DNA of 64,000 nt from Octopus sinensis (taxonomy: Eukaryota): assembly GCF_006345805.1 (NCBI RefSeq), contig NC_043000.1, positions 69,812,001 through 69,876,000 of the forward strand, read 5' to 3'. Position 1 is the first letter of the stretch; the number at the start of each line of letters is the position of its first letter. Below the pieces are notes generated by a model. The model was not told where the DNA came from. It did not search any database and worked only from the letters and a program-made list of their open reading frames with translations. This document shows positions 12,493-25,155 of the stretch, in pieces. Position numbers and translations under genes: made by a program.

Positions 12493-15170
12493 CTTTTGCA
12501 CAGCTTCTAACACTGGAGATGTACTACAGTGTCAGCTGTTCACTACCAGTGAACTAAGGTTACACCTCTTATTTTTCGAGCACCTTCCAGAGTATTCGAG
12601 CGGTTCCAAGCATTGCTGTTTTCTGCAAGTGCTCCACCCTTTTTGCAGCCCCTATTTGTTCCACGTACTTCTCGAGATTTTTGCTCACTGTTTCCAGGAC
12701 CCCGACAATTATTGGTACTACAGCTACCTTTTTCATCGAACACAACTGCTTAAATTCTCAAGCTAACCCGTCATGTCACTACTTTTCTTTCTTCCTGGTA
12801 TATATATGATCCAGCAGTTTGTTTTCTTTCACAATTAAGACTATGTCCAGCTTCCTATTCTCAATCTCATGGTCGCACTGAATCATAAAATCCCATTGGA
12901 TCTTTGCATTTCTATTTTCGACAATGCCTTCAGGTTTGTGGTCGTACCAATTTTTTGCTCTGTCAAGTCCATACTTGTTGTAAAGTGTCCAATAGACAAG
13001 CCTGGCTATATTGTCGTGACGTCTATATTCCTAGTGGTGTACATTGGTTGGTAATATACCATACGGTTTCACCGTTTTGTCAACAGATTCTGTACTTATC
13101 ACTTTGTGATATGCTGTCTATTCTGTATTTTATGTAGTTTGTTCTTAGAGCATGCTCTTGGACAGCGCAGATTAATGCTTCTGTTTACGGTTTTAAATCA
13201 CTTTTAATCATCCTCAGCCATCTTTTTTTCTGTTTTATCATCAGCATCCATATGAAATTAACCATGCATTCTTTTCTTTACCCACCTATTTTCAGTTTCA
13301 TTCATTTTCAAGTCCTTGTATAGAGCTTTACCTTCGCAATCTTCCATCCTACACAAGCCTGACCTTCTTACTTCTAGTAATAGCGGTTCTGTGGCATTTT
13401 TTACATACCATGCTATGTTGTTTTCTTCTGCTCTAATGCTGTGTTCGCATCCAATAAGTCCTCTACCCCCTCTTTTTCTTGGTACATACAGTCTGTCTGT
13501 GTCACTTTTTGGTGGGAGTACCTATATCTAGTTAGCAGCTTCCTTGTCTTTCTGTCTAATCTGTTTAGTTTGTCTATTGTCCATGCGATTACCGTTGCTC
13601 CATATCTAAGGAGTGGAACCTCTCAGGTGTTGATAGCTTTGATCGTATTCCGTCCATTAAATTTCGACTTAAGGATCAGTCTCAGTCTTCGCAAGTACTC
13701 CACCTTAAATTTTTCTGTCATTTCTTTCTCCATCAATTTATCCATTTCCCAAATCCCCAAGTACTTATAGCCCGTCTCTTCTATCTGTTTCATAACCTCC
13801 CCCGGTGGTATCGTTATCCCGTCCATACATTTGATCTTGCTTCTCTTCAAGACTAACATACCACACTTTCTCAGTCCGAACTCCATTCTGATATCAGCAC
13901 TAAAGGTATACACTGTATCAACGAGGGAACTGACTTGGGCTTCATCTTTACCATAAAGTTTGAGCTCATCCATGAAGAACAAATGGTTGACTTTTTGTTG
14001 GCGGCTTTTGAATACATACCCAGCTTTTGTTTCTCAGAATCAGTGTTAGTGGTATCAGGTACAGTACAAAGATCAGTGGGGACAGGCAGTTCCCTTGGAA
14101 GATGCCCCTCCTAATTTCTACTGTCCCTAAACTTCTTCCGTATGCTGTCAGGTCCGTCCTCCAGTTCGCCATACTTTTTCAACATACACTCCATAATTCA
14201 AGAATGTGGGATCATATCGTATACCTTATGATAGTCGATCCATGGGATGGCTAAATTACTTTTTCTCCTTTCGCAGTCTCTGAGTACAGTTTTGTCTATC
14301 AGGACTTGATGCTTGGTACTTCTGCATTTACTCTTGCAACCCTTCTGCTCATGTGGCAGTATTCCATTTTTTCCAGATGTTCGTACATTGACTCTGCGAG
14401 TATTCCAGTCAATAACTTCCACATAAGTGGTAAACAGGATATCGGCCTATAATTATCTACCTTATTGCCTTTTTCTATGTTTTTCAGGCACAGCACTGTC
14501 CTAACCAATGTCAACCATTCTGGTGTTACTGAGTTGCACAGCTATTCGTGCATGACATTCACCAAATCTTTTGATCCAGTAGCCTTGAACTCCATCTGGT
14601 CCCGGGGCCTTCCAGTTGCTCGTTTTTTTGTGTGTTTTTTTGCTGATTTCCTTCACTTCCTTAACTGAAATGACTAGTTCTGTCTGTTTTGGACAGACTA
14701 CATTTTGTTTCAGTTCTTGCAACCATTCAAAATTCTTCTTGTGCTCCTTGTCTTTGCTACAGATGTCACCACAAAACATCTGACTTTTAATATTATCTGG
14801 TCTCAACTTTTCATCAGTACACTCTCCATTTATTTCTTTATAGAATCTCTTCTGATATACTCTGAATAATCTATTCTGATGGTAACCCTTCATTCTTTGG
14901 TCGAATCTTACCATCTTTGCTTTCTTTGCAACGAGGTGCTGTTTCAGTTCCTCCACTACTACTTTCAGGCCATTTCTTTCAATACTATACCTCCTTTTCA
15001 GCGCCCTGTATTTTTCTTTGCCTTTAAGCTCCCCTTTCTCTTTTCTGTCTAACACAGAGATTTTCTTCGAGGACATCTCTAACCCTGCCTGCATTCTTCT
15101 TTTTAAGAATCTAAAGATTCTTCTTTACTTTTGTCACTCCCATTATGTTTCTTTTTCTTGACATCAACAC
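12493..15170 (-). mobile_element. R4/Dong-type RLE LINE B, 5'-truncated, decayed RT + RLE
   Basis: [75 protein letters not shown]. Bounded by (TTA)n at 15171-15305. Confidence 0.9.
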
Positions 15171-15227
<57 letters not shown>

Positions 15228-15237
15228 GTTGTTGTTG

Positions 15238-15305
<68 letters not shown>

Positions 15306-15858
15306 GAGTGAGAGAGCAGTGCATGCCATCAAAGTGGCACTGAGGTAAAATATACGAAGCCCAGTATACCCATCATGACTACCCGTCTGATAAGGGTACA
15401 CCAGGCACATGCATCACAAACATATGTGCGCGACATGGTGATCTCATATCAAGATTAGTAGCGCATGACCTTGCAGGTGGGTTCCCAGTTAGAATTTTAT
15501 TCTGGTCGAGTAACCCCTCCCGCTCAACAGGACCCTGAATGAGGATTGTTTAATGATGTTGAACGAAACACCCATGTTTCCAAAGGTGAATTATCCAAAC
15601 CTCTAAGAATTCCTGCAACACACGGCTATGATGCTCCCCCAGTACTTCTGCTCATGATCAGAGATGCACATATAGTCAGCCACTAAGGGACATGCTCAAC
15701 TGGTTATGGTCAAACAACTGACAAGCAAATCTATGGTATTATGCAGAATGTTTGCTGTAGCCCATCTTTTATACCAAGACAAAAGAATGTACATCATAAC
15801 ACTTCCAATCAGTTAAGATCAGAAGCCATGAGAGCCACTACCTGGTACTGCATGAGGG

Positions 15859-15920
<62 letters not shown>

Positions 15921-16535
15921 ATTATTATTATTATTATTATCATTATCGTCGTTATCATCATGATTATCATCATCATCATCATCATCATCATCATTATTGA
16001 GAAAGCAGCACACTCCATCAAAGTGACACTGGAGCGCAAATATACGAAGCTACCTGTCTGATAAGAGTAAACCAGGCACATGCATCCGAACGATGTGTGC
16101 ACGACATGTCGTGACTCCATTTTAAGATAAGAAGCCCATGACCTTGCAGGTGGGGCCCTGGTTAAATTTTCTTAAAGTCGAGTACTCGATCTTGCTCCAA
16201 AGGTCCTTGAATAAGGGTTATTTAAGGATGATGAATGAAACACTAATGTTTCTTGAGGTGAATAATTCAAAGCCAAAAGAATTCCTTTCAACACATGGCT
16301 ATGATGCTCCCCCTCTACTCCTGCTCATAGTCGGAGATGCACATATCGTTAGCCACCAAGGCACATGCTTAACTGGTTAAGGTCAAGCAACCGACAAAGT
16401 AAATCTGTAGTAATGAGCAGAATATTTATCGCAGTCCATCTTGTATACCAACACAGATATGGTACATGATAACACTTCCAATCAGTTAAGGCCCGAAGCT
16501 ATGTGATCCATTACCGGTATTGCATCAGATGGCTA
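15306..16535 (-). mobile_element. Two diverged ~550-bp copies of a retroelement 3' end (15306-15860 and 15995-16535), each ending in (AAT)n
   Basis: Shared strings gcatgaccttgcaggtggg, ggctatgatgctcccc and cataacacttccaatcagttaag; family not determined. Confidence 0.7.
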
Positions 16536-16659
16536 TCATCATAATTATTATTATCATCATCCTCATCTTCTACATCGTCCTCACCATCCTCCTCCTCCTC
16601 CTTCTCCTCATTATCATCATCATCCTTATTTAAGATCTCGCACAGTATCCAATATCGTG

Positions 16660-17957
16660 ATGTTGTTGATTGTAGATATTGTGTTTACGGGGGTTTCTAC
16701 TGTCTGTCAAGTCAACAAGTATCTCAGACAGACAGTACTTTACGCAATATGCGTGCAATTTGAAGTAATGCTGATTTTTGAAATACACCTAGATCGTATG
16801 GTATTTTTAAAGTTTCCAGATATTTTTTCAGGTTAGGTGTTATTGAACCCAATACTCCGATGACAATAGGAACAACCTTTATATTTGACTTCCGCAGCTG
16901 CCATATTTTAGCGATCTCAATTCTCAGGTCATCGCATTTATCAATCTTTTCTCTTTCTTCCATTATAATATGTTGATCTCCTGGCACTGCCACATCGATT
17001 AGTAGGCAATCTTGCGGGTCTCTCTTAAAGGTTACTATATCAGACCTTCGGTGCTCTAATATATTTTCTGCCTGGAAGTCAAAGTCCTAGAGGATTTTTG
17101 TCTTCCTATTTTTGTCCATTATGTTTTCCGGTGTATGTTTGTACTAGCACCCATTACCTCGTATCCATATTTCAGGCATAGAAACCAGTGTAGATTTTGA
17201 GCTACCTTGTGTCTGCGATTGTACTCTTTCTGCACAAGTCTTTCACAAGCACTAACAATGTGAGTCATACTTTTGACTCTCTTCCTACACGTTCTGCAGA
17301 GGTTCGTTACACTTGTGCGGTATATCTCCCTTTTCACTGAGTTGGTATTCAATGCCTGATCGTGGGCAGCGATGATTAGGCTTTCAGTATTGTTTTACTG
17401 TCACCCTTGCTGAGTCACCTCTATGATGCTCCCTGGTCATTTAAGTTGTTAGTCTCACGGTAGAACTGACTATGTAATTCCAAACGGAATAGGGTTTCTT
17501 CTCTCTCGTTGGCTATCGGTGATCGGAATTCATGAGCACTCTCAAATCCATTTTTGGTAAATCCTTCTACATTAGCAGCATACAGTAGCAGGTCTTGTTT
17601 GCTGTTTACCAAATATTCTGCCATGATTCTTCTTTCACTCTTGAAGCACTCCTGTACTTTCGCCTTAAGGTGGAGGCACCATGCACTGTCATGGTCTTTC
17701 GGGTAGTGTAATCTCCACTTGTGTGCATTTCATGATGGGTGCACTATAGCTGACTAAAGCAATAGTCACAAGGTTCTTTGAGTTGAATTTTGATTTCAAG
17801 AGAAGTTTGAGGCGCTTCAAATATGCAGTGACAACCTTGTCTTTCTTCTCTCTGTGCAAGATGTTGTCCAGCTCCAGGTTCCCAAGGTACTTGTACCCAT
17901 CCCCATCCGGGTCTTCTTGAAGTTCCGCAGAGGTCGACTTTGCATTTCATCCTTTTG
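16660..17957 (-). mobile_element. R4/Dong-type RLE LINE D, 3' fragment
   Basis: CRTC...KSMTHIVSAC...RRH (ORF 17119-17352); DVAVPGD...EK..K.DDL...VVPIVIG.LG...LQ.ARILRKVL (ORF 16724-16993). Confidence 0.88.
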
Positions 17958-17958
17958 A

Positions 17959-18055
17959 TCAATAAATTAAGTACTAGTGAAACACTGGGGTCGATGTAAT
18001 CGACTAGCCACCTGCCCCAAAATTTCAGGCCTAGCTTGTGCCTATAGTAGAAAGG

Positions 18056-18122
<67 letters not shown>

Positions 18123-18125
18123 GTA
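17959..18125 (+). mobile_element. 3' fragment of a Nin/Deu-domain SINE with (ATT)n tail
   Basis: ataaattaagtactagt...ctggggtcgatgtaatcgact resembles the Nin/Deu conserved domain; followed by gtgcctatagtagaaaggatt(att)n. Confidence 0.65.
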
Positions 18126-21100
18126 TTCAGTAGTTTTATTTTTATAGCGTGCTTTCACTTCACTACCGAGCGCAGCTCTGCGTGCCTTGGGTATGTGCTG
18201 TGATTTGCTGTGATGCTCTGATGGTTATTGTATGGAAAGTGTTCTGCGTAGGATGTGTGCAGTGCCTAGTAGTGCAATTTTCTGTATGTTATATGTGTTT
18301 GTAAGTCCTGGTGTTTTTGTTATGTATTTGTCTGAATATTTTTTTATCATGCCTAATGCACCTACTATGATAGGAATTGTTTCTGTTTTCAGATTCCACA
18401 TTCTAATTACCTCTATTTCCAGGTCTTTGTATTTTGAGAGTTTCTCCATTTCTTTTAGAGAAACGTTGTCATCTGCCGGTATTGATACATCAATTAGAAA
18501 ACATTTTTTTTTCGTCATGATCTCTGACAACTATATCTGGTCTGTTGGCCTTAATTTCACTATCTGTGTGTATCGGCATATCCCAGAGTATGGTTGCTTT
18601 CTCGTTTTCTGTGACCTTTTCTGGTGTGTGCCTATACCATCTTCTTTCTGTTGTTATTTCATAATGTTGGCATAGCTTCCAATGTATGTAGGTTCCAACT
18701 CTGTCATGTCTGTGAATATATTCTTTCTTAGCCAGGACTGGGCAGCTAGAGATAATATGATTTATTGTTTCTTGTCCATCTCCACATATTCTGCAGTTAC
18801 TTGTAATATTTCTTTTCATTACATGTTTTTGGCAATTTCTGGTGGGGAGGCTTTGGTATTGTGGTGCAATTAAAAATCCCTCTGTTTCTGCTTTCAGTCC
18901 TGAGCTTCTCAACCATTGCGGGATTTTTCTTTGTCTATTTCTTTTGCGTTTAGTTTAGTCCAGTATTTACCATGAAGGGGCTTTTCTTGCCATCGTTTTA
19001 TCATGGTTCGTTGCTGTTCTGTTTTTTTAGTTTGGATTTCATTTGTTTTATAGCTTTTGTTGTTTCTTCTTCTTCTTCTTTCTTCTTCTTCTTCTTCTTC
19101 TTCTTCTTCTTCTTCTTCTTCTTCTTCTTCTTCTTCTTCTTCTTCTTCTTCTTCTTCATATTTATTAGGTGGTATGATTTCTTGTTTGTATTTGTCAGCT
19201 TCCTTAAATACTGAGAACAGTTTTTTGTTTTGCTCGTTTTTTGCCGCTATTTGTATCAGTTTTCCTTCCTTCTGAAGTAGATATTTTTGCAGTCCTATGG
19301 TTGTTATTTTATAGTAGCTTTCCAGCTGTATAAGGCCTCTACCACCTTCTATACGTTGTCTATATAGTCTTTCTATGTCAGATTTTGGGTAATGCATCCT
19401 AGACCCTGTCATTATTTTTCTTGTTTTCCTATCTATTTTGGTCAGTTCATTTCGCGTCCAGTTAAGGATATTGTAGCTGTAACTTATAACTGGGACAGCT
19501 AAAGTGTTAATACCTATTATCTTGTTTTTAGTCTATAATATTATTTTTTTATTTTCTCTTTCATTTGTGTGTGTTGTGTCTTATCTAGTTCATGGATTCC
19601 TAAGTATTTGTAAGTTTGGCTTTGGTCTAATTCTTTTATTTCATTGGTTTTATCTAGTGTGATGTTGTTACTCTTAACTAGTTTTCCTCTTTTCATGGTT
19701 ACTTTGGCGCATTTTTCTAATCCAAATTTCATATCTATTTCTTTGGTAAATCCATGAACTGTCTTTAATAGTGTTTCCAGCTGTTTGTCATTTGCAGCGT
19801 ATAGTTTTAGGTCATCCATATATAAAAGGTGGCTGATCGTTTTGCCGTAACATTTATATCCGCATCCAGTTCTATTTAGTATATCAGATAGAGGTGACAG
19901 TGCCAAGCAGAGAAGGAGTGGAGAGAGCGTGTCTCCCTGTAATATTTCTCTTCTAATAGGGATGTCTTTGGTTTTCATGAGTCCCTCTTTTGTTTGGAGG
20001 TGTAGGACTGTTTGCCATTTATTCATAGAGTGCTCTATGAATTTTATGATTGTTGGTGCTACTTTGTTAATGGCTAGTGTTTCGAGGATCCATGTGTGTG
20101 GGATGCTATCAAACGCCTTTTTGTAGTCAATCCAGGCCATACTGAGGCCTTTCTTCTTTCTGTGGCTGTCTTCAGTTATGGCTTTATTAATCATTAGTTG
20201 ATCTTTACAGCCATATGAACCTTTGCGGCATCCTTTCTGCTCTTCTGGGAACAGTTTGTTTTCGTCCAGGTGCTTGTTCAACCTTTGCGATATCATTGCA
20301 GTAAATGCCTTGAACATTGTAGGCAGGCAGGTTATTGGTCTGTAGTTTTCTGGTTTTGCTGTCTCATTTGATTTGGGAATTAAGATGGTTTTCCCCTTCG
20401 TGAGCCATTCAGGCATTGTCTCTGGCTCTGCTAGTATCTTGTTAAAGTTTTCAGTCAGCTTTTTGTGCATTCTTGTTAGATATTTCAACCAGAAGTTGGG
20501 GATCTTGTCATGCCCAGGTGCCTTCCAGTTGCTTAATCTTTGCATGCCTGGGTGACCTCTTCAGTTGTTATGGGGGTCCAAAGTTGTTCAGATGCCGAGT
20601 TTGTTATTTTCATACTCCTTTTTTTTGGTTGTTCGTTCGCCGACCATATTTCTCTCCAGAATTCTTCCAATTCTTCTGCCGTTGGTGCTGTAGTGACTTC
20701 TATTTTATTTTTGCCAAGTTCTTGGTAGAACTTTTTGGGGTTGGAGTTGAACTTTTTGTTTTCTTCAAAGAAGCGCTGGCGTTTCTCGTACCGGCGGATC
20801 CTTTGTGCTTTGGCAAGGATATCTTGCTTCAGCTTTTCTTTTATCTCAGGCAAATCTTTCTCTGTGATGTTATATTTGCGGAGTATTTTTGTTTTCTTTT
20901 TGTTGCTCAGTAGCGTTGATTGTTTGCTGATTTCATTAAGAATCGACAGATCTTTTCTAATTTTTTGTATTTTGTTTTGGATGTTATTTATCCACAGGGT
21001 TTGTTTGGGTGGTGGTACTCCTGTTTGGACGGGTTTGAGTGAGTATTCAGCTTCTTTTGTGGCTGCAGTGGCTGCTGCGTATATTAAGTCATGTAGCTCA

Positions 21101-21592
21101 GTGATATCGCTTTTTGTTTCAGTGGCTATTAGTTCCGTGACGGCTAGGTTTATGCTGTTTATAATTGGTGTTGTTGTTTCGTCTATTTTGATTCTTGGGA
21201 GGTATGGTCGGTGATCCATTTTGAGCTCTGTGGTTTTCAGTTCTTTGATTATTTTACTTTTTATATTATCATAATCATTAGGCTCCCCTTCGTTGTTTAC
21301 ATCGTGTTTGTTGGGAATGTTGCGTTTGTCTTCGTGTTTTACTGTTTCAGTGTTTATATTATTGGGCATTGTTGTGTGGCTTCTATCTACATTTTCCTGG
21401 TGTATTTTTTCTTTTAGATGTTCTATTTTTATTTCTGATATTTTTTTGTGTTGAGAATGTATCTTCGTACGTTAGCTAATTTATTAGGGTTCATTGCTGT
21501 ATCCAAGTTTATATTTATGTTATTTTCCTTTCATATTTTATATGTATGTGTTGTTGTGTTTTCATTTTTTGGGTAGAGCACTGCTGTGATAA
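18122..21592 (-). mobile_element. Near full-length R4/Dong-type RLE LINE E (frameshifted single ORF: N-term, RT, CCHC, RLE)
   Basis: ORFs 20533-21369, 19541-20545 (WKAPGHD, YRPITCLP, WIDYKKAFDS, QGDTLSPLL, YMDDLKLY), 18909-19412, 18490-18912 (CRICG...ETINHIISSC...RHD, NRPDIVV) and 18225-18530 (DVSIP..D...K..KY). No APE domain. Confidence 0.95.
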
Positions 21593-21659
21593 ATTATTAT
21601 TATTATTATTATTATTATTATTGTTGTTGTTGTTGCTGTTGTTGTTGTTGTTGTTGTTG

Positions 21660-24093
21660 TTCAGTAGTCTTATTTTTATCACGTGCTTTCAATGCACTAC
21701 CGACGGCAGCTCTGTGTGCTTGTGTGCTCTTATTTTTACTGTATTGAAAGTGTTTTACGTAGGATATGTGCGGTGTCTGGTAGTGCTATTTTCTGTAGGC
21801 TATATATTCTTGTTAGTCCTGATGTTTTTGTTACCTATTTGTCTGAATGTGTTTTTCTTATCATACCTAATGCGCCTACTATGATAGGAATTGTTTCTGT
21901 TTTTTAGGCTCCGCATTCGAGTTACCTCTATTTCCAGATCTTTGTATTTTGAAAGTTTTTCCGTTTCCTTTAGAGAACATTGTTAACTATTGGTATTGTT
22001 ACTTCGAATGGAAAGCATTTTTTTCTTGGTGATTTCTGACAACTATATCCGGTCTATTGGCCTTAATTTCTCTATCCGTGTGTATTGGCATGTCCCAGAA
22101 CATGGTTGCTTTCTCATTTCCTGTAACGTTTTTTGGCGTGTGCCAATACCATCTTTTTTCTGTTGTTCTTCCATAGTGTTGGCATAGTTTCCAGTGTATG
22201 TAGGTCCCAACTCTGTCATTTCTCTCAACTCTGTCGTTTCCTTCTTAGCCAGGACTGGACAGCCAAAGATAATATGATTTATTGTTTCTTCTCCATCACT
22301 ACATATTCCGCAGTTACTTTAATTTATTTTCACTACATGTTTTTGGTGATTTCTGGTGGGAAGGCTGTGATCTTGTGCTGCAATTAAAGATCCTTCAGTC
22401 TCTCTTTTGAGTCCTGAACGTCTGACATTGTTGGGATTTTGTTTTGTCGATTTCCTTTCTCTATAGTTTAACCCAATATTTGCTATGAAGAGGCTATTCT
22501 TGCCATCGTTTTATCATGATCCGTTACTGTTCCAATTCTAGTTTGGATTTGAGTTGTTTTACTGATGTTGTTGTTTCTTCTTTTTCTTCATTGTTATTAG
22601 GTACTATGACTTCTTTTTTGTATTTCTCAGCTTCCTTAAAGACTGCAAACAGTTTTTTTTGTTTTGTTTGTGTTTTGTGACTATGTTATTAGTTTTCCTT
22701 GCTTTTGAAGTAGGCACTTCTGTAGTCCTATAATGCTTATTGTGTAATAGTTTTCTAGCTGTATAAGGCTTCTACTACCTTCGATACGTTGTATATATGT
22801 ACCCTTTCTATGTCAGATTTTGGGTGGTGCATCCTAAATTCTGTCATTATTTTTCGTTTTCCTGTCTGTTTTGATTAGTTCATTTCGAGTCAGTTAAGTA
22901 TACTGTAGCTGTAACTTATAACTGGGACGACTAGAGTGTCGATACCTAATATCTTGTTTTTTCTATTGAGCTCTGTTTAAGTATTAATCTGACTCGTATA
23001 TAGCATTCCTTTTTTAGCTTCTCTTCCATTTGTGTGTGTTGTATCGTATCTAGTTCATTGATTCCTAAGTATTCGTACGTCAGGCTTTGGTCGAATTCTC
23101 TTATTTCATTTGCTTTATCTAGTGTGATGTTGTTACTCTTAACTGGTTTTCCTCTTTTTAAGGTTGCTTTGGCACACTTTTCTACGCAAAATTTCATGTT
23201 CATTTCTTTGGTAAATCTATGCACTGTCTGTAGTAATGTTGCCAGCTGCATACAGTTTTAGATCATCCATATACAAGAGATGATTGATTGTTTTGCCGTG
23301 ACAGTTGTATCCACATCCAGTTCTGTTTAGCATATCAGATAATGGTGTCAGTGCCAAGCAGAAAAGGATTGGAGAGAGCGTGTAACCCTAGAATATTCCT
23401 CTTCTAATAGGAATGGCTTTGATTTTTATGATTCCCTCTTTTGTCTGAAGCTGTAGCACTGTATACCATTTATTCATGGAATTTTTTTATATGCTTTATG
23501 ATTATTGGTGCTACCTTGTTCATGGCTAGTGTTTCTCGGATTCATGTGTGGGGAATTCTATCAACAGCCTTTCGGTAATCGATCCAGGCCATACTTAGAC
23601 CCTTCTTTTTTCTGCGGCTCTCTTCAGTTATAGCTTTATTGATCAGTTGCTGATCTTTACAGCCGAATGAGCCGTTGCAGCATCTCTTCTGCTCATCTGA
23701 AAGAAAACAGGCTGTTTTCTTTCAGACGTTTGCCGATTCTGTGCAATATTATTGCAATAAAGGCAAATTGTAGGGAGACAATTTATCGGTCTGTAATTTT
23801 GTGGGTTTGCCGTTTCAGTGGATTTGGGAATTAGGATAATTTCCCCTTCTATGAGCCATTCAGGCATTGTCTCTGGTTCTGCTAGTATTTCATTAAATTT
23901 CTCAGTCATCTTTTAACGTGTTCTTTTTAACTATTTTAACCAGAAGTTGGGGATCTTGTTATGCTCGGGTGCCTTTTTCAAGTGCTGTGTTCGTTGTTTT
24001 GATAGATCTTTTCTTGGGTTGTACCTTCGCCAACAATATTTCTTTCCAAAATTCTTCCACTTCTGCTGTTGGTGCTGTATTGATCTCTATTCT
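21660..24093 (-). mobile_element. R4/Dong-type LINE F, same family as E, more decayed and 5'-truncated
   Basis: The 3' end tcagtagt.ttattttta...cgtgctttca..cactaccga matches E; collinear homology up to TAPTAE. Confidence 0.92.
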
Positions 24094-25155
24094 GGGATTT
24101 GTTGCATTTGGAATTCACTTAGATATTCTTTTGCCTGTTTTGTTACTGAGTATGATGCTTTTTAGCTTTCATGCAATAAGACAAGTTTTAACATTCAGTC
24201 CTCAGAGTTTTTCAGGTAGGTGTCTAGGCCAATTGTGGCAATCTTCATTGTTAATGCCAGTCCACGCTCTCCTTCTTTTTCTGGCAGATAAAGTCGTTTT
24301 GTATCTGCCTTAGGGTGGTGCATTCTATGCATTGTCAACAAATTTTGCATTTTTCTGCCATGATTACATATTTTAGTAATTGACCAGTTAATGGTATTGA
24401 AACTTTAAGTCACGATCGGTATGGCTAAAGTATTGATCGCTTCGATCCTGCCCTTACCCTACGATAACATTCTCTTCTGATCCTTTCCCCCATCGCTGAA
24501 TGTTTGATTCCATCACCTTCAAATATTCCTAGGTATTTGTAGCTCTCCGTCGGTTCGAACTCCTTTATGACATTCTGCTGGTCAAGATTAATATTGGATA
24601 TTTCTGTCATTTCCCCATTTGTCGACGCCAAATTGCATTCTTATGTCATCACTGAATTGTTTAACAATCGCTAGTAAGCCCTTGAGTTGATGGTCGTTTT
24701 TTGCAAAGATCTTTAAATCATGTAAATGAGATGATATATATTTTTATCAAACATTTTGTATCCGTACTGTACATCATCGAGTAATTTCGAGAGAGGCATT
24801 AAGGCTAGACAAAAGAGGAGTGGCGATAGAGAGTTACCCTGGAAAATGCCACATGAAATTCTTACATCTCCAGTATTGAGAAATTCATTGCCACAGTTCA
24901 AAGTCAGTGTGGTTCTCCATTATCTCATACATACAGGCAAAACTTTTCGCAGAGTAGGATCTATTTTATACATTTCCGGACATTTCTTAATCCAGCTATA
25001 TGGTAGACTATCAAAAGCATTTTTATAGTCTAACAAGGCTTTCGACAAATTTTTGTGTAATTTGTGACGATCTTATTGATGAGTAGCTGACCTTTACAAC
25101 CATAGAACCTACGTTTACATCTTTTTCGCTCATTAGGAAATATGCCACATTCTAT
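24094..25155 (-). mobile_element. R4/Dong-type LINE G, internal RT fragment of another family
   Basis: GIFQGNSLSPLLFCLAL, YKYLGI, HHPKAD..RLYLP..EG.RGL. Confidence 0.85.

Noticed and set aside
18232-21214. Plus-strand ORFs overlapping LINE E
   Set aside because: Antisense shadows of the RT coding frame with no independent motifs.
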